Positions 49,280-62,900 are shown, numbered from the stretch's first letter. The stretch is DNA of 64,000 bases from Lepidodermella squamata (GCA_047495785.1 JBLDXI010000032.1:4278001-4342000); one strand, 5' to 3'. Notes: generated from the letters alone by a model not told the origin. Made by a program: numbers and translations.

Positions 49280-50491
49280 ATGATAAGACTGGCTTACCTC
49301 ATTTACTGCTTGTTTCCCCTTGCAATTCATTGCGAGGACGTTGCGAGCAATACAACCCTACTTGAACGACTGAAGGTCCGCTTCTTTGAGCTCTGTCCTG
49401 CTGCTCGATCAAAATACTTGCCGCTTGAGACGATTCGCTGGAGTCGATTGACGGGGCGAAATGATGACAACTTTATCACTGTGAGGGTTGGCTTGTCGTT
49501 ATTCCGATTTCTCGAGATCAGTGACGTTGAACGACGGCTTTCGATTTCTGGGGAAATCAAGTACTTTTGGAATTTCCCGTGTCCGAACATCACCTGCCAA
49601 GAGCTATTGGACGGTGACGACTTAGTTGTTTGTAACATTTCAGATCTTCATTTTACGGTTTCGACTCAAGATCATTGGTACCCAATATTGACGCATACGA
49701 ATGCATTCGATAAAGCTCGCCTATCGGCTGATGACCTTTCAGCTTTGCCAATGCGAATATACCCTCTAGCTTCCGAGGTTTATCTATATCATTTCGCGCG
49801 ATTTGATTCGACGTGTAAATTGTTTCAATTTAATCTATTCCCTTTTGACTCGTTGAATTGCTCGGTCATGATGGATTCAGATGATAACCTGGTAATGTAC
49901 AGCCCTTTTTCGGTGGCTATTGACGGAAGCTCGATAACTTCTTTCCTAAGGGAGGTGGAGCTGTGGGAGCTGGAAAGTCTGGCCCCACGGCAAGTTATGG
50001 TGAAATCTCTCGAGAGCAACATTTCCTACTGCCGAGTGTATTTTTCAATGCTTTACAAGAGGAAATCCTTCTTCTACATTTGCAATATGTTCCTGCCGAC
50101 AATGCTGCTTTTTGTGGTGCAGATAGCGTCACTTTTCTTGCAACCCGAATCAGGAGAAAGGGCAAACCTATGTATTACTGTTATGTTGGCTTATACAGTA
50201 ATTCTAACGATGATATACGACCAGATACCGAAGACCTCAGAGCCTGTATACCTGGTTTACATGGTTATAACCAAGTTCACGATTGGTGGCCTCATCACGG
50301 TTTACATGATTTTCATTAAGCAGCTCGGGATCACCTCCGAGGAAAGCGCTAGAATCCTCCGGATAATCAGTTTTAAGCTTGGTTTTCAGCTGCCTGCGTT
50401 GCGAATCGCCGACTTGACGATGGCCGCTGTTTCAACGCTAACAGTCATAATTTCAGACATTATATATTTCAATTTGATGATGAATGGGTGA
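49280..50491 (+). CDS. Divergent Cys-loop channel subunit C3 (intronless CDS), paralog of C2
   Basis: ATG 49280; CKLFQFNLFPFDSLNC, YKRKSFFY, PESGERA, IPKTSEP, 4 TM. Confidence 0.9.
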   Translation: MIRLAYLIYCLFPLAIHCEDVASNTTLLERLKVRFFELCPAARSKYLPLETIRWSRLTGRNDDNFITVRVGLSLFRFLEISDVERRLSISGEIKYFWNFPCPNITCQELLDGDDLVVCNISDLHFTVSTQDHWYPILTHTNAFDKARLSADDLSALPMRIYPLASEVYLYHFARFDSTCKLFQFNLFPFDSLNCSVMMDSDDNLVMYSPFSVAIDGSSITSFLREVELWELESLAPRQVMVKSLESNISYCRVYFSMLYKRKSFFYICNMFLPTMLLFVVQIASLFLQPESGERANLCITVMLAYTVILTMIYDQIPKTSEPVYLVYMVITKFTIGGLITVYMIFIKQLGITSEESARILRIISFKLGFQLPALRIADLTMAAVSTLTVIISDIIYFNLMMNG

Positions 50492-51289
50492 TGGCGTGTA
50501 ACCTTTTCGTCGGACATATGGTCATCTGCTGATTCAAAATTTAGGATATGTTAGGTTAGGGATATATTCTAGTTGATAAGAACTGTTGGAAATCTTTTGA
50601 ACTTCATGAGTTCTCTTTTTATGTTTCTAGACGTCATTTCGAAGGAGTGATTTTTGCTATCACACGTGTTCGCAAAGAATTTCGAATAAAACTATAGCCG
50701 AATTTCAAGATTCTCTGGGCTTAGCGACAGGGTGAACATGATAGACTAAGTTCGAATTTAGGTTTCGTTTTTCCATTGCCTTCTCTCATTCTCCTATTCT
50801 TCTGGTCACATTGTTCCCGGTCTTCTTCTATAGCCCTCGGCTCTTCATTATTTTGTTTCATTATTTCACGTTTTTCAATAAAGAATTACGTAAAGCCCAT
50901 CGCTAGAAAAGTTAACTAAGTGGAACCAGTTATCCCTCAATTTTTTGATTGGTTGATAATTTTAGTCGCACGAAAGGCATCTGTTGATAAGAGTGAATGT
51001 GGGAAAGATAAGAGCCAACCAAGTAAGCTCTTTGAGCCAACCAATCAGGTTTCACACTCTCCACAAGAACATCAGAAAACTTGGCAATTTTATTTTAAAT
51101 TAGTTTTCCGGCAACAATTTCAAGAGATGGTCAGTTTATCGGCGTTTTAGTCGATATTTCCTTCCAAGAATCAATATCCAAAGCTTGGCCGTTGAATGGC
51201 GTATCATTTGTATCATTTGAGGCAGATTTACGATACTATGGCTAAACATTGATTACACGACAAGCAAGCCATCAAAACAAATAACAAGC

Positions 51290-52579
51290 TCAGGGAATCA
51301 TGAGGTTACCGTAATACGCTAACAAAATTAAGCCCGTGATAAAGGAAATCACAGCCGTGAATAAATCAGCGATGCGTATGATTGTTACCTTAAGCCTAAA
51401 TTTTTTGGATAACAGCCACTTTTGCGTGAATGTGGTTGACACGGCGGCTGTACATGCCACTAGGGTGTAGAATGTTATAATCAGGCAAATTACTACGTAT
51501 CCAGTAATAAGGTTGATGATGTATACGTCGCGGGAGGTCCGCGGGATCAGGCTAGATACCATGGTTTGTAGCACACCAACAGCCAAGTTGACAGTCACAC
51601 AGAACGTGGGGCGATCTGGTTGTCCAGGCTCCATGATCAACCCGGAAACTTGCAGGAAATACAGACCAATAGTAGGTATGATAATGTTGCCCATGTAATA
51701 GGAATATTTTCGGCTTATGCATAAACTGACAGTAACATGGTGGAAACTTTCAAGCTCAACAACAGATGCGTTGTAGCTGACGAACCGCCAGATATCATCA
51801 GCCCGCATAGGCTCTCGATTCGGGTAGACCCGGATGACGCCAATCTGAAAGGAGACTTCATTCGCCGCATTCTCCAGCTCGTACTCGAATGTACACGTGG
51901 CTGTGTCGAAAGGGAATTTTTGAAAATCGAAGCCGTTGCATTTGGAAGTAACGGGGCCGATTTTCATCAGGCGTACCTGCGGCTCCTGTCGCATAGGCCT
52001 TAACTGAACCACCCGCTCCCTAGATGATCAAATTGAAAAATAATAAACACCGAGAAATAATCAATTTTACTGTCGCAAGGGCCGCGCTTCCGATATAGCG
52101 TTGAGGTGTTGAACGTCAGGCCACCAAATTTCTTCCTTGGGAATCGAGAAGAACATTCGATTCAAAGTGGCGTTGGGGATTTCTTCGAATCCAGGCAGCA
52201 AATCCGACCTGATATCGTGGCCACAAGGCGGTACCCAGGCCACATACATGTAAGACAGCACAGTCATGCTAGTGAAATTGTGAAATTGATTGAAATTGAA
52301 TAGATAAGATGACGGTATTTACCTCAAATTGACGTCGTCTACTTCGTTGACATTGGCGAGAGTTGAGCTGAAATAGCATCGTATTGGATCGCTATAGTTC
52401 CTTCTCTTTAGCTGCCAGTCGAGCGGCAAGTTGATGCTTCGCATGATGGGGCAAATTTTGAAGAAGCGCTCTTTCAAATAATTAGACGGCAACTGAGTAC
52501 TTGGCCATGTTTCATTTTGGCAAAAGATACTGCTGAATGTATAAAGAATTAGCAATAGAGGCGAGATCAGATTTCTCAT
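51290..52579 (-). CDS. Divergent Cys-loop channel subunit C4 (3 exons)
   Basis: Exons 52579-52323, 52268-52071, 52019-51290; EEIWWPDVQHLN, CNGFDFQKFPFDTATC, ISRKYSYY, GQPDRPT, IPRTS. Confidence 0.88.
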
Positions 52580-52905
52580 GGATATGCGTTGAAAAGCTTT
52601 GAAATTTCGTTTTTATATTAAACACCACAAAATTCAATATGGTTCGAGACAAACAACTTTTCAATAAAACTGAGCTCAGAACGGTACAAAACTATATACC
52701 GAAAGGCTCAAACCGGTGGAAATTTGCACTACGTTCGCACTACGATTTATCGACTTCGGGAACGGAAGTTAGGATTGGCACTCAGCGAAAAGCAGTTGCG
52801 ACGAAAAGGGCTCAGAAATATTGACTCAAGAGTATTCAAATACATTTTATTAATTTTAGAATGTTGTTTGGATGTCGCCTGAATGTTCACAAGCAAAGGG
52901 GCTAT

Positions 52906-54167
52906 TTAGCTTGTCATTTTCGCCCCGTAATAAGTTAACAGAGTCAAGGCAACTGTCATTGATAGAAAGGCGACAATGACATCTAACAGGCGAATAATAC
53001 TGATACCGCATCGTTGAGTCACCCAGATCTTACGCTTGAAGGTCTTCGATTTGGCAACTGCGCATGCCAACAAGGAGTAAATTGTTATCATTAGACATAT
53101 AGCTGTATATGCTGTTAGAATGTTGATAACGTAGATCTCTTGGGAGGTTTGAGGAATAAGGCTAGAAACAAGGGTTTGCAATACCGCAACAGACAAGTTG
53201 ACAGTTACGCAAAATGTCGGCCGATCTGGATGTGCCGGGTCTATGACCAGGCCGGTAGTCTGCAGCATGTAGAGGCCGATGCTAGGAAGAAAAATGTTAC
53301 CAATGTAGTAGGCGGACTTTCTCTTCATGACCAGCTTCACGCTGATGTGATGATAGTCGCCGACAGATGATCGAGTGCCGTTGTAGCTGATGAACGTCCA
53401 AATGTCGTCAGGGCGAAGCGGCTGGCTGTCCGCGTATAGCCCAGCGGCTTTCAGCTCAATCGAAACCTCGCTAGATTTATAGTCGATTTCGTACTCGAGC
53501 GTACATACAGCAGTGTCGAATGGAAATTTTTGAAAGTTGAAACCGGAACATTTCGTCGTAATCGGGCCGACGAAAAAAAGGCGAAGCTGCGGCTCGGGTT
53601 GAAATGGTCGAATGAAAATGTCCGTTTGTCTGAAAAAAGTGTCGATTATAAGTTGCAATATACCAATAATTTTACCCCCGGAAAGGTCGGGCATCGCCGA
53701 TAGGGTTCAGATGTTGCAAATCAGGCCACCATAGTTCCTCTTTGGGAATTTCCAGGCCCATCGAATCGAGAACTTCTGCTGGAATTGAGACGTTATAGCC
53801 TGGTAGCAAGTCTTGGCGGATATCTCGCCCACACGAAACGGACCATGCCATCCACAAAAAAGTGTTTATTGTCACGCTGTGTCACCCATTATATTCGCAG
53901 TAATAAGTAAAAAATAACAAATTACCTCATTTTAACGTCGTTAACTTCATCGATAGTACAAGCCTCGGAGTGAAATTCCGCTTTCAATGGATCACCAAAA
54001 TTGCCAGTCATGAGCTGCCTATCTGCCGGCAGGCTGTTGCCTCTGAGTATCGGACAAAGTTCAAACAGCCGAGTTTTCAAAACAGCCGTTGGAGCGTCTG
54101 TCCATTGCCAGACCGAAGCAGCATTAGCATACGTGGAAATCGAAATGGTGATCAGAAGGCTATTCAT
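52906..54167 (-). CDS. Divergent Cys-loop channel subunit C5 (3 exons), paralog of C4
   Basis: Exons 54167-53926, 53876-53676, 53629-52906; EELWWPDLQHLN, CSGFNFQKFPFDTAVC, MKRKSAYY, AHPDRPT. Confidence 0.88.
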
Positions 54168-56985
54168 ATTTCAATCAAGATTACACCCCACTTTGGAGTA
54201 GAAGGAGAAGCCGCTATGTTTTTGCTGGGATGTTGAGCGATATTCAGTTGCGCGCCCTTCAGCTATACCGTGAGAACTGTATCGTTCCGGAATCAATAAA
54301 CACATTTTATTCAATATCAAAAACATGTTAGCCTATGTAAATTTTGCTTCAAGCCTATCGAGAGAGCGTTCAAATATTTCTATCGTGCGTTAAATCGATA
54401 TGTTCAGCGAATTTTCCAGCACCAGTCTCGTGATTGAGGTCAAATATACGCTCTCTCTCTCTCAAGAAAAATTGACCTCATTATTATTGGTGGTGGTCTC
54501 AGCGTGCTGTCTTAACTTTGAGATATTCGAAATGAAGCGTTGAGTGTATATTTCAATTCACTGATATACTGTATATGAATTTCTAAAATAAGAAAAATAT
54601 TGACCACTGATTGCAATAAAAATTGTCAAGAGGTTAAAAGAGCTATTCAACTTCGTTTGAAAATACATTGCGTAGCTACTCTCGGCATCGTCAGCGCAGC
54701 CAGCCATATCAGTGCCAGCGTTTGGGACAACGCGCAACGAAAAGCACAGCGGCGATCGCTGTGATGGAGATGCCGCCTCGAGGCGAATATTGCACGTGCG
54801 CGGCGACGATGCCTAGTTTCTTCGCTTTTTTGCTTCGCAGGCGTTGTCACGGTGATGCTGGTCGATTCGCACCTTTTGAACCATTTGTGTGCGGTTTGTT
54901 TGCCGACTTCAAAAAACATGCGCTGTTGTACATCAAAACGCGACGTGTTCTCAGCCAGGAAACATTTTGGCTTTAGCACAACTAACAAGTCAATTTCCGG
55001 CATCCAACGAAGGGAAATTATTGCTGCATATGCAGGATGATGGCCAAACCACAGCGGTTATCGCAATTTAGTACGGCACGTAATCTCAAGTTAAGACTTT
55101 CACTTCAAACGCCTTGGCTACGTGTGTGACCCGGAACATGTATTTATGATATAGTTCAACAATAATTTTTTAATCCGCCGAAAAATCCCATGCACAGGTG
55201 CTTATCCGTATTGACTTATTCTAGTAGCTGGTTTCCTGCTTTTTTCCAGGAGCTGGAAAACACCGAAAACAGTATTATTCTGCCGTATTTTCGCATAAAA
55301 ATATCTCGCGATAAATGAGCTGCTTTTAGCGGGTCGAAAAATAATGAACGCGATACGATCGCCACTGATTGCACGCTTGCATTGTTGTACTCTTTCATGA
55401 TATTCACATTCCTACTAATATCATTAACGTATTCGCCATTACTACGAGACGTAAAATTGGAGTTATAGATAAATACCATAGTTTTTCTGAACTCGAGCAC
55501 TACCCCAGTGCAATTTTAGTTCTTGCTTCATTTTTTAAGGCGTTTCCCAAATCTGACGCGCGCTGAGACATGGCGATGTCCAGGGGGATACAGGCCGAGC
55601 TTTTTTGCGTCAGGTCATTTCGCTTTTTCGTGTGATGTTAAATGTCGATGAGCTGGCGTGATGGGCCAAAAATGAGCGCCCCTGACCGCGCGCTCGGTCG
55701 TGCGCGCGCGCCCAACATACGTGGCAACAGCAAGTGCGATGATGTTGCCGCTCATGACAAGACATCGTGGCGCTGTCTCCGAGGCGGGCCGGCGCGTCTT
55801 TTCGTCAGAATCGATCATTATACGCGAGGCGCGTGCCGTGGTATCGATATTATTATCATAATTTTCAACACAGAAAGTGATGCGCTCTGTTTTCAAATGG
55901 TGATGCTAATAGGATTATTATTTTATCAAATGAAACACGTTTAGCTGGGCGGCCGCGCGATGCCCACAGTGTAGCAGCGATACGGCCATCACTGAGACAT
56001 GCCATCACATCACATATCGACACGTCGGGAATGTATAATCTAAATTTTATTATTTTATTATTAGTATTATTAGAAAGGGCCGAGAGACACGATGATGTCT
56101 CTGCGTTCCAAGATTTCTGGTGCGTCGTTATTTTGCATTACAATCGCGCGCGCGCGCGCAATGTAATCACATGCAATATAACGCGATTACAGCGTTGTCA
56201 CCGATAATCGCGCGCGCCCAGATAGATATCAGAGCGGCGACAACGCCAAGCGCCAACTGCTATTGCTGTTAATTTTATGCCGATCACGCTCCAGAACCAT
56301 CAATTCGGCACCAGTGCGCAAAATCAGTAACCATACCCTGGGCGTTAAGTCGATCGCCACAAAAGCTTTCGGCTCCTGTGCAAATTCCACATATACACAT
56401 GTGCGTGTTGCTATAAATACATCAAAACTATTAGCGTATTTTCTTAAGGCGGCTTTGCCCTGGTTTTAATTGGCGCATAGTGTTTTTTGTCAGACGATTT
56501 ATCCGCGGCATCAAAAAATGAAATAAACCACTGCAAGGACAATTCAAGGGCACTATATTTCGGCTGGTCTAATTCTTTTTATTAGGCGATACTAACGTCT
56601 TTGTTGAACTAACTATGACGACGCCCCTGGGGTGACCGGTATTAGCGTGATAGAGGGCGGCTCGTTAGACAAATTTTGAGCGTAATAAAATTTATGCACT
56701 CCTTTTTTAGTGATTTGTTTTGCGAAAATTGTCTAATAATAGCCGGAATAATAGCCAGAGCTAGTGTCTCGCGGGGTCATACTGCTCGCCTGCTTTCTTT
56801 CATCGATATATATTGCCATTGCATTATAGGAAGGTGTATTTTCCTTGGATTATGTATATTATTATCTGACATTTGTCAAACTGCCTTTTTGCGTATTACG
56901 AAAATTTCAACTGATGCTGATATTACTGTGGTGGAGAAGGCGCCTCGATGATTAAGCGCCGCCGATCCTCATCGCCCGGTAGCGA

Positions 56986-59900
56986 ATGAAAAAGTCCCGC
57001 ACGTGCGACGTGGTGTCGACGCCCTACTGCCTGACGCGAGCGCCCGGCATCTGCCAGACGTTCGACGATGGCCTCGTCGTCACGTCGCCGAAAAGCGACT
57101 CGGCCGACGAGCCCGACTTCCTCGCCGACCTGCGCCGCCCCGGCGACCTCACGCTCAGCGACCCGCTCATGCGCCGATCGCTTGCCTCGCTCGCCTACGG
57201 CTCCGAGGACCCACTCGACGACTCGGGACCGGTCACTCGAGTGACGATCAAGTCGGAAGACAATCCGCCGGCGTCGCCATCACAGCCTGACGGCAACTCG
57301 TTATCACGGCCAGTCACCCGCATACTAACCATCTCGCCGGATATCGACGAACGGCCGATAAGTAGTGCCGAAATGGAGACTAGCCTGAATTATTTAGACG
57401 CTGCGCCTCGAGCTAGCATGCGCCGGTTCAAGTTTAAACTCCGCTCGGTAGACAACAAGAAATCATTTTCATCGTCGATAAACACGGTCGACGGACCCCC
57501 GCCCTCGCCGAAGCCGGTTTTCGCCGAGAAATCTTTCTTCTACTTTGAGCGGGATAACGCGTTCAGGAGAAGCGCGTACAGTCTAATCACCTGGCGGGTA
57601 AATTCCGGATTTTTTCCGATTTTTTCTTCATTTCTCTAAATTTTATGATAGTGGTTCGAGCGGTTTTCAATATTTGTGATCATACTGAACTGCATCGCTC
57701 TTGGTGCCGTTGACCCGTGTGATGCCGACTGCATAACGGCGAGATGCCAAGCTCTGGGCTGGGCCGAACTCGCCATATTTAGTTTCTTCTTTATTGAAAT
57801 GCTGCTAAAAATGTTCGCCATGGGCGTATTCGGCGTTGGCTCCTATTTGGCAGAGCCGTGGAACCGTTTCGATTGTTTCATAGTCATTATCGGTCTTGTC
57901 GAGTACATGTTCGTTGAGGAGGATCTCAACATATCCGCTATCCGGGCTTTCCGCGTCTTCAGACCGCTCCGTGCTATAACCCGGATACCAAGTGCGTAGA
58001 TTTCACCCTAATTTTAGTTTTATTTCCTCTATTATGATGCTTTCAAATAGGTCTTCGTTTGCTGATATTACTTTTGCTCGACACGATGCCCATGTTGGGC
58101 AACGTGCTTTTGTTTTGCTGTCTCGTGTTTTTCGTCTTCGGCATCGCCGGCGTGCAGCTGTTGGCCGGCGTGTTGCGCAACCGGTGCTTTTTCCCGGCCG
58201 CCTTAACCGATCACCTGACTAATGCAAGCTGGGCCAATGTGACAACCATGTCCCCGCTCACCCAATTCCCGCCGGCGTTCATGCCGCCCTACTACCACCA
58301 GCCGGCCGACGACTACATATGCTCGCCTGGCGACGGCGTGCTCAAATGCTCCGACATTCCTAGGTACGAACAACACGAGTCGATGTGCACCGAACTGTTC
58401 GGCGCCGATTCGCCCGAAGCCGAGCTGTGCGCACTCTGGGTTGCCAACTACACCGAGTGCCGGCCGGAGGGGCCAAACCCGGCTCGCGGCTCGCTCAGCT
58501 TCGACCACATTGGCGCGGCGTGGATGGCCATTTTCCAGGTCATCTCGCTCGAAGGCTGGACTAGGGTTATGTACTACGTCCAGGTATAGCGGCATTTTTT
58601 GAATTTTGCTGACTTTGTTCATGCTCTTGTTTTAGGACGCGTACTCATTCTGGATCTGGATCTATTTTATTATGCTTGTTGTGGTAAGTTTTTGTGTTGT
58701 TATGTATCGATTTGCATTCTTCCTTCTGAAAAACATAAACAAAGGCGTAAACTAAATTAGATCGTAACAAACCATTAGGGAATAGCAATAATTATAAACG
58801 AATTATTTTGGTACACACACACATAAGTGCTGTTTTGTTTTCTTGTAGACCGGATCTTTTTTCGCTGTGAATTTGTGTCTAGTCGTCATAGCTACTCAAT
58901 TCACCGAGACTAAGCGGCGAGAGACTTCGAAAATGGTAAAATATGAAAGAATGAATGAAAAGGAGAAGAAATGATTGCAAAAATCAGCTTTCAGCATTCA
59001 GTTTGTTCCTTCTTTGACGCATTTTTGTGATTTATAGAAAGCTGAAAGGCGACTGGAACGCAAATCCTCGATGACAAGTGCGGCGACCACAGGCACTTTA
59101 GGAGACCAAGGCAACTTTTATACGCAAGTCTACGACATCATCGCCCTGCTGCTGGGTGCCATTCTCGAGTTATGCTTCAAAATGTGTCGTAAACGGCGGG
59201 AACAGCGAGAGCGGCGTCGCCAGAATCCCAAGTCAGTTGCTCACGCGAGTTTTGAACTCGAGGTCGTCAGCCAGGCCGATGGCGAGCCGGAGCCGTCGTG
59301 CGGCGCCTCGATGCTCACGAATGACGTCAGCAGTTTGCGGGGCGGAGGCGACTCGCCGCAGCCCTCCGAGGCGCTCGCTAGCCGCCCGGTGACTCGCGCG
59401 ACGCAGACTCCCCACCGCAGTTGTATGCAGCGGCTCATGGATGAAATCGACATGAACCGGGCATTTTGCCGCCGTCTGCTCGAACACAACATCGTTACAG
59501 GAACTGTCATAACTGTGATAGTGGTGAATGCCACTTTCATGGCAATGGAACACCATGGCCAGGTATAACTTGCCCTGTTTTTTTCTGGTTAATTCATTTT
59601 TTGTCTTTGATTAAAGCCTCAAGAGCTGACGAGACTGTTCAGCGTTCTGGATCCATTTTTTTCATACTTTTTCGCCGTTGAAGTTTTACTCAAAATTTAC
59701 GCTTACGGTTTTCCGCTTTACATTCGCGACTGCCTTAATTTGCTCGATCTGGTCACTGTTTGTATCAAGTAAATTTAGGGTCAGCTGAGTGAACGTTTTT
59801 AAAACGCTGTTTTTTTCAGTTTGTACGAATTATTTGATGGTCACGGTTCCAAGCTGTCGGTGCTGCGGACGTTCCGGCTGTTGCGCGTGCTCAAAATTGT

Positions 59901-62900
59901 GCGCTTCCTGCCGCAACTGCAACGACAGCTCTACGTCATGTTGCGAACAATAGACAACATCGCAACGTTCTTCATCCTGCTCAGCTTTTTCCTATTCATC
60001 TTCGCCCTACTCGGCATGTCGCTGTTCGGCTGCCGTTTCTGTCCTTACTACGAAAAACCAGTCAAGATTCGCCCTACAACGCCGTCTCCATACGATTCTG
60101 ACGTCGTGCCGGCCTATTTTCACGGGAAAGACGGCCCTGGGTGTTTCTTTAAAGTCGTACCTCTCGACGGAGGGGATCCAAATGCCACCTCTGACCCACT
60201 CAACAACCAGGTGGCATCTATGGGCGATATGACCAATTTGTCGCCTTACGAACGGCATTTACTTGCTTATTTCACGTGCCCTCGGGCGAATTTCGACTCA
60301 CTCTTGCTGTCGCTTTTCACGGTTTTACAAGTCTTCACGCAGGATGCCTGGTCGCTGGTCCTAATTGATGGCATTTACTACGGCTCAGATTGGGCGGGAC
60401 TGTACTTTGTCGCTTTAGTAACCATCGGCAACTATGTTCTGTTCAATCTGCTCGTCGCCATTTTGGTTGAAGGCTTCAGTGGAGGGGTTGGTTTCTTTCA
60501 TCGTTTGTCCCCATTGCCTGAGTCTATATTGATTCACAGGGCGAAGATTCAATGTCTAACGCGGGGAGCAGGCATGAAATGACCGAAGCAATCTCGCCAA
60601 AGCTCGACCTTTTAAGGCTTCAAGCTCCTGAAATAGTCATCGACGTAAGACCTTTCTCATTGTTGATATATATTACCTGATTAATTAATTAAAAACATTC
60701 GGAAATTAATATATAGGCTTCCAAAAAACAGGCAAGATTGAGTTTGAACCCCCGTGTGAAGAACTGGAACTTTATCGTGATTTTGCACTATTAAATTCCT
60801 CGACTATTTTTCTGAATTTCCATTGTTTGCTCGAAAATTGTAAGAACTCCTCAGACATTTTATTCTTATTCCAGAATTACGATGCTGAATCAAACGCCAG
60901 CCCATCCGTCACCTCTGACGGGCCGAAAATGAAGCTCGGTGCGAAAGTGGAGCCTATTATGGAGGAAAACAACTCACAAAAACCAGTTGAGCCTAATCCA
61001 GAGGGCGGCGCACCTGTAGAAGAAGTTCCAGCCGATAGCCTTAATCCTGAAGCTCCGAAAAAGTTGACATCCCGTTCTGCGAGCCTTCGTGCATCTGTCG
61101 AGGCTGGAATAGCTCCGTTAAAAGCTCGTGCAACTTATTCTTTATACGTACTGCCTCTATCGAATCCTTTCCGCCGCCGTCTGATGAAAATCGTGCTGTC
61201 GAGCCAGTTTGACAATACCATTCTCCTGTTCATTCTAGCCAACTGCTTCGTCATCATGCTGGAGCGCCCGGCGATAAAACGCGATTCTTTCGAGCGATTT
61301 TGCATCGACATGGCCAACTACGTCTTCAATGTGCTTTTCCTCGTCGAGGCGTTCGCGAAGATCATAGCCTTGGGGTTCATTATTGGGCCGGATGCTTATC
61401 TGAAGAGCGGCTGGAATGTTCTTGACTTTTTCCTCGTCAACTGCTCAACGACATTCACAGTGTTGGAACTGGTGTCACCGAAAAGTTCTGAGACGAAGAT
61501 TCTCGAAATTTTTCGTGTTTTGCGGCTACTTCGAGCATTACGACCGCTTCGAGTTGTCAACAGAGCGCCAGGGTTGAAAATCGTCGTTGAAACCTTACTG
61601 CTATCAGTCAAACCCATCGGAAATGTCATCATTATCTGCCTAACTTTCTTCTTGATTTTCTCCATCCTCGGCGTCCAGCTATTTCAAGGCTGCTTCTACG
61701 AATGCTCGGCGTCGAAAGGCGACTTGGGGAATAATCGAACTGCCTTTACTACAGCCGGAACTCTGATGTCTTTCTACAACGCGACCGCCAGTAAGGAAGC
61801 CGTTTACTCGCCAGATCGTGAGCAGTTGCGGATTTATCAGGCTCTATACAGCGTTCGTACTAAGGATGACTGCCTCGCGCTGGGCTTCGAGTGGGAAAAC
61901 GAACGCCTTAATTTCGACAACATTTTACAAGCTCTGATGACGCTGTTCGTTTTCTCGACATTTGACGGATGGGTGGACATTACTCGCGACGCTATTGATT
62001 GTGTCGGCGTCGACATGCAGCCGAGACGGGATCACAACCCGTGGAACGTCATTTTTTTCGTATCTTTCCTGCTCATCGTCTGCTTTTTTGTAAGTTTCTT
62101 GTCGGATTTAATCAACAGAATTGATAAAACAAATTTACTACAGATTCTGAACATGTTCGTCGGTGTGGTTGTTCACAACTTTCAAAAGGTTCAAGAACGC
62201 GTTCGGGCCGAGTTCAAAGCTAAGAAACTGCTGCAGAAACAAGAAAAGCTGTTGAACCGGCTTCGGAAACGCTCTCAAATGAACCCTAACCGTCAAAGTA
62301 AGTTCTGCGAAATTCCTTTGTCATGTCCTTTATTCGTGGTGTCGTTTTAGGACTTCTGGTTAAGCTTACTAAACGAAGCCCAATGACGCGAGTTACGCAG
62401 ACCTCGCCGGCTCTTCAAACTCTCGACGCGACCTTGGCCAATCTTGAAGCCTCCCCAGCAATTACGCTATCCTCCTCGATTCCAGCCGTGAAAGTATCGG
62501 TCGAGAACAAAGCGCCTGCCGAAGATCTGTCCTTCCTCGAGGAATATCCCTACTGGCGGCTTGTGACGTATCAAATCTTCACTCACAAGTACTTTGAGCT
62601 TGTTCTCGCGGCAATAACAGCCCTAAACATCCTGGTTATGGCTATCGAATTCTACGAAATGCCTCCAGAGTTGCAAATGGCCGTCAAAATAATCGGCTAC
62701 GTATTCACGGCTCTTCTCGTGCTCGAAGTCTTCGCCAAAGTTGCTGCTTTCGGCTTCTATCGCTACATCAGAGAACGCTGGAACCAGCTGGACGTCGCTA
62801 TTGTTTTCCTATCATTCGGCGCCATCTATTTAGAAGACGCCTCATCGGTAGTCATTCCGGTCAATCCGACTCTGATTCGAGTAGCCCGCATTGTTCGAAT

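Noticed and set aside
54647-56951. Short ORFs between C5 and Cav3
   Set aside because: No recognisable domains or consistent exon chain; probably promoter/5' UTR sequence
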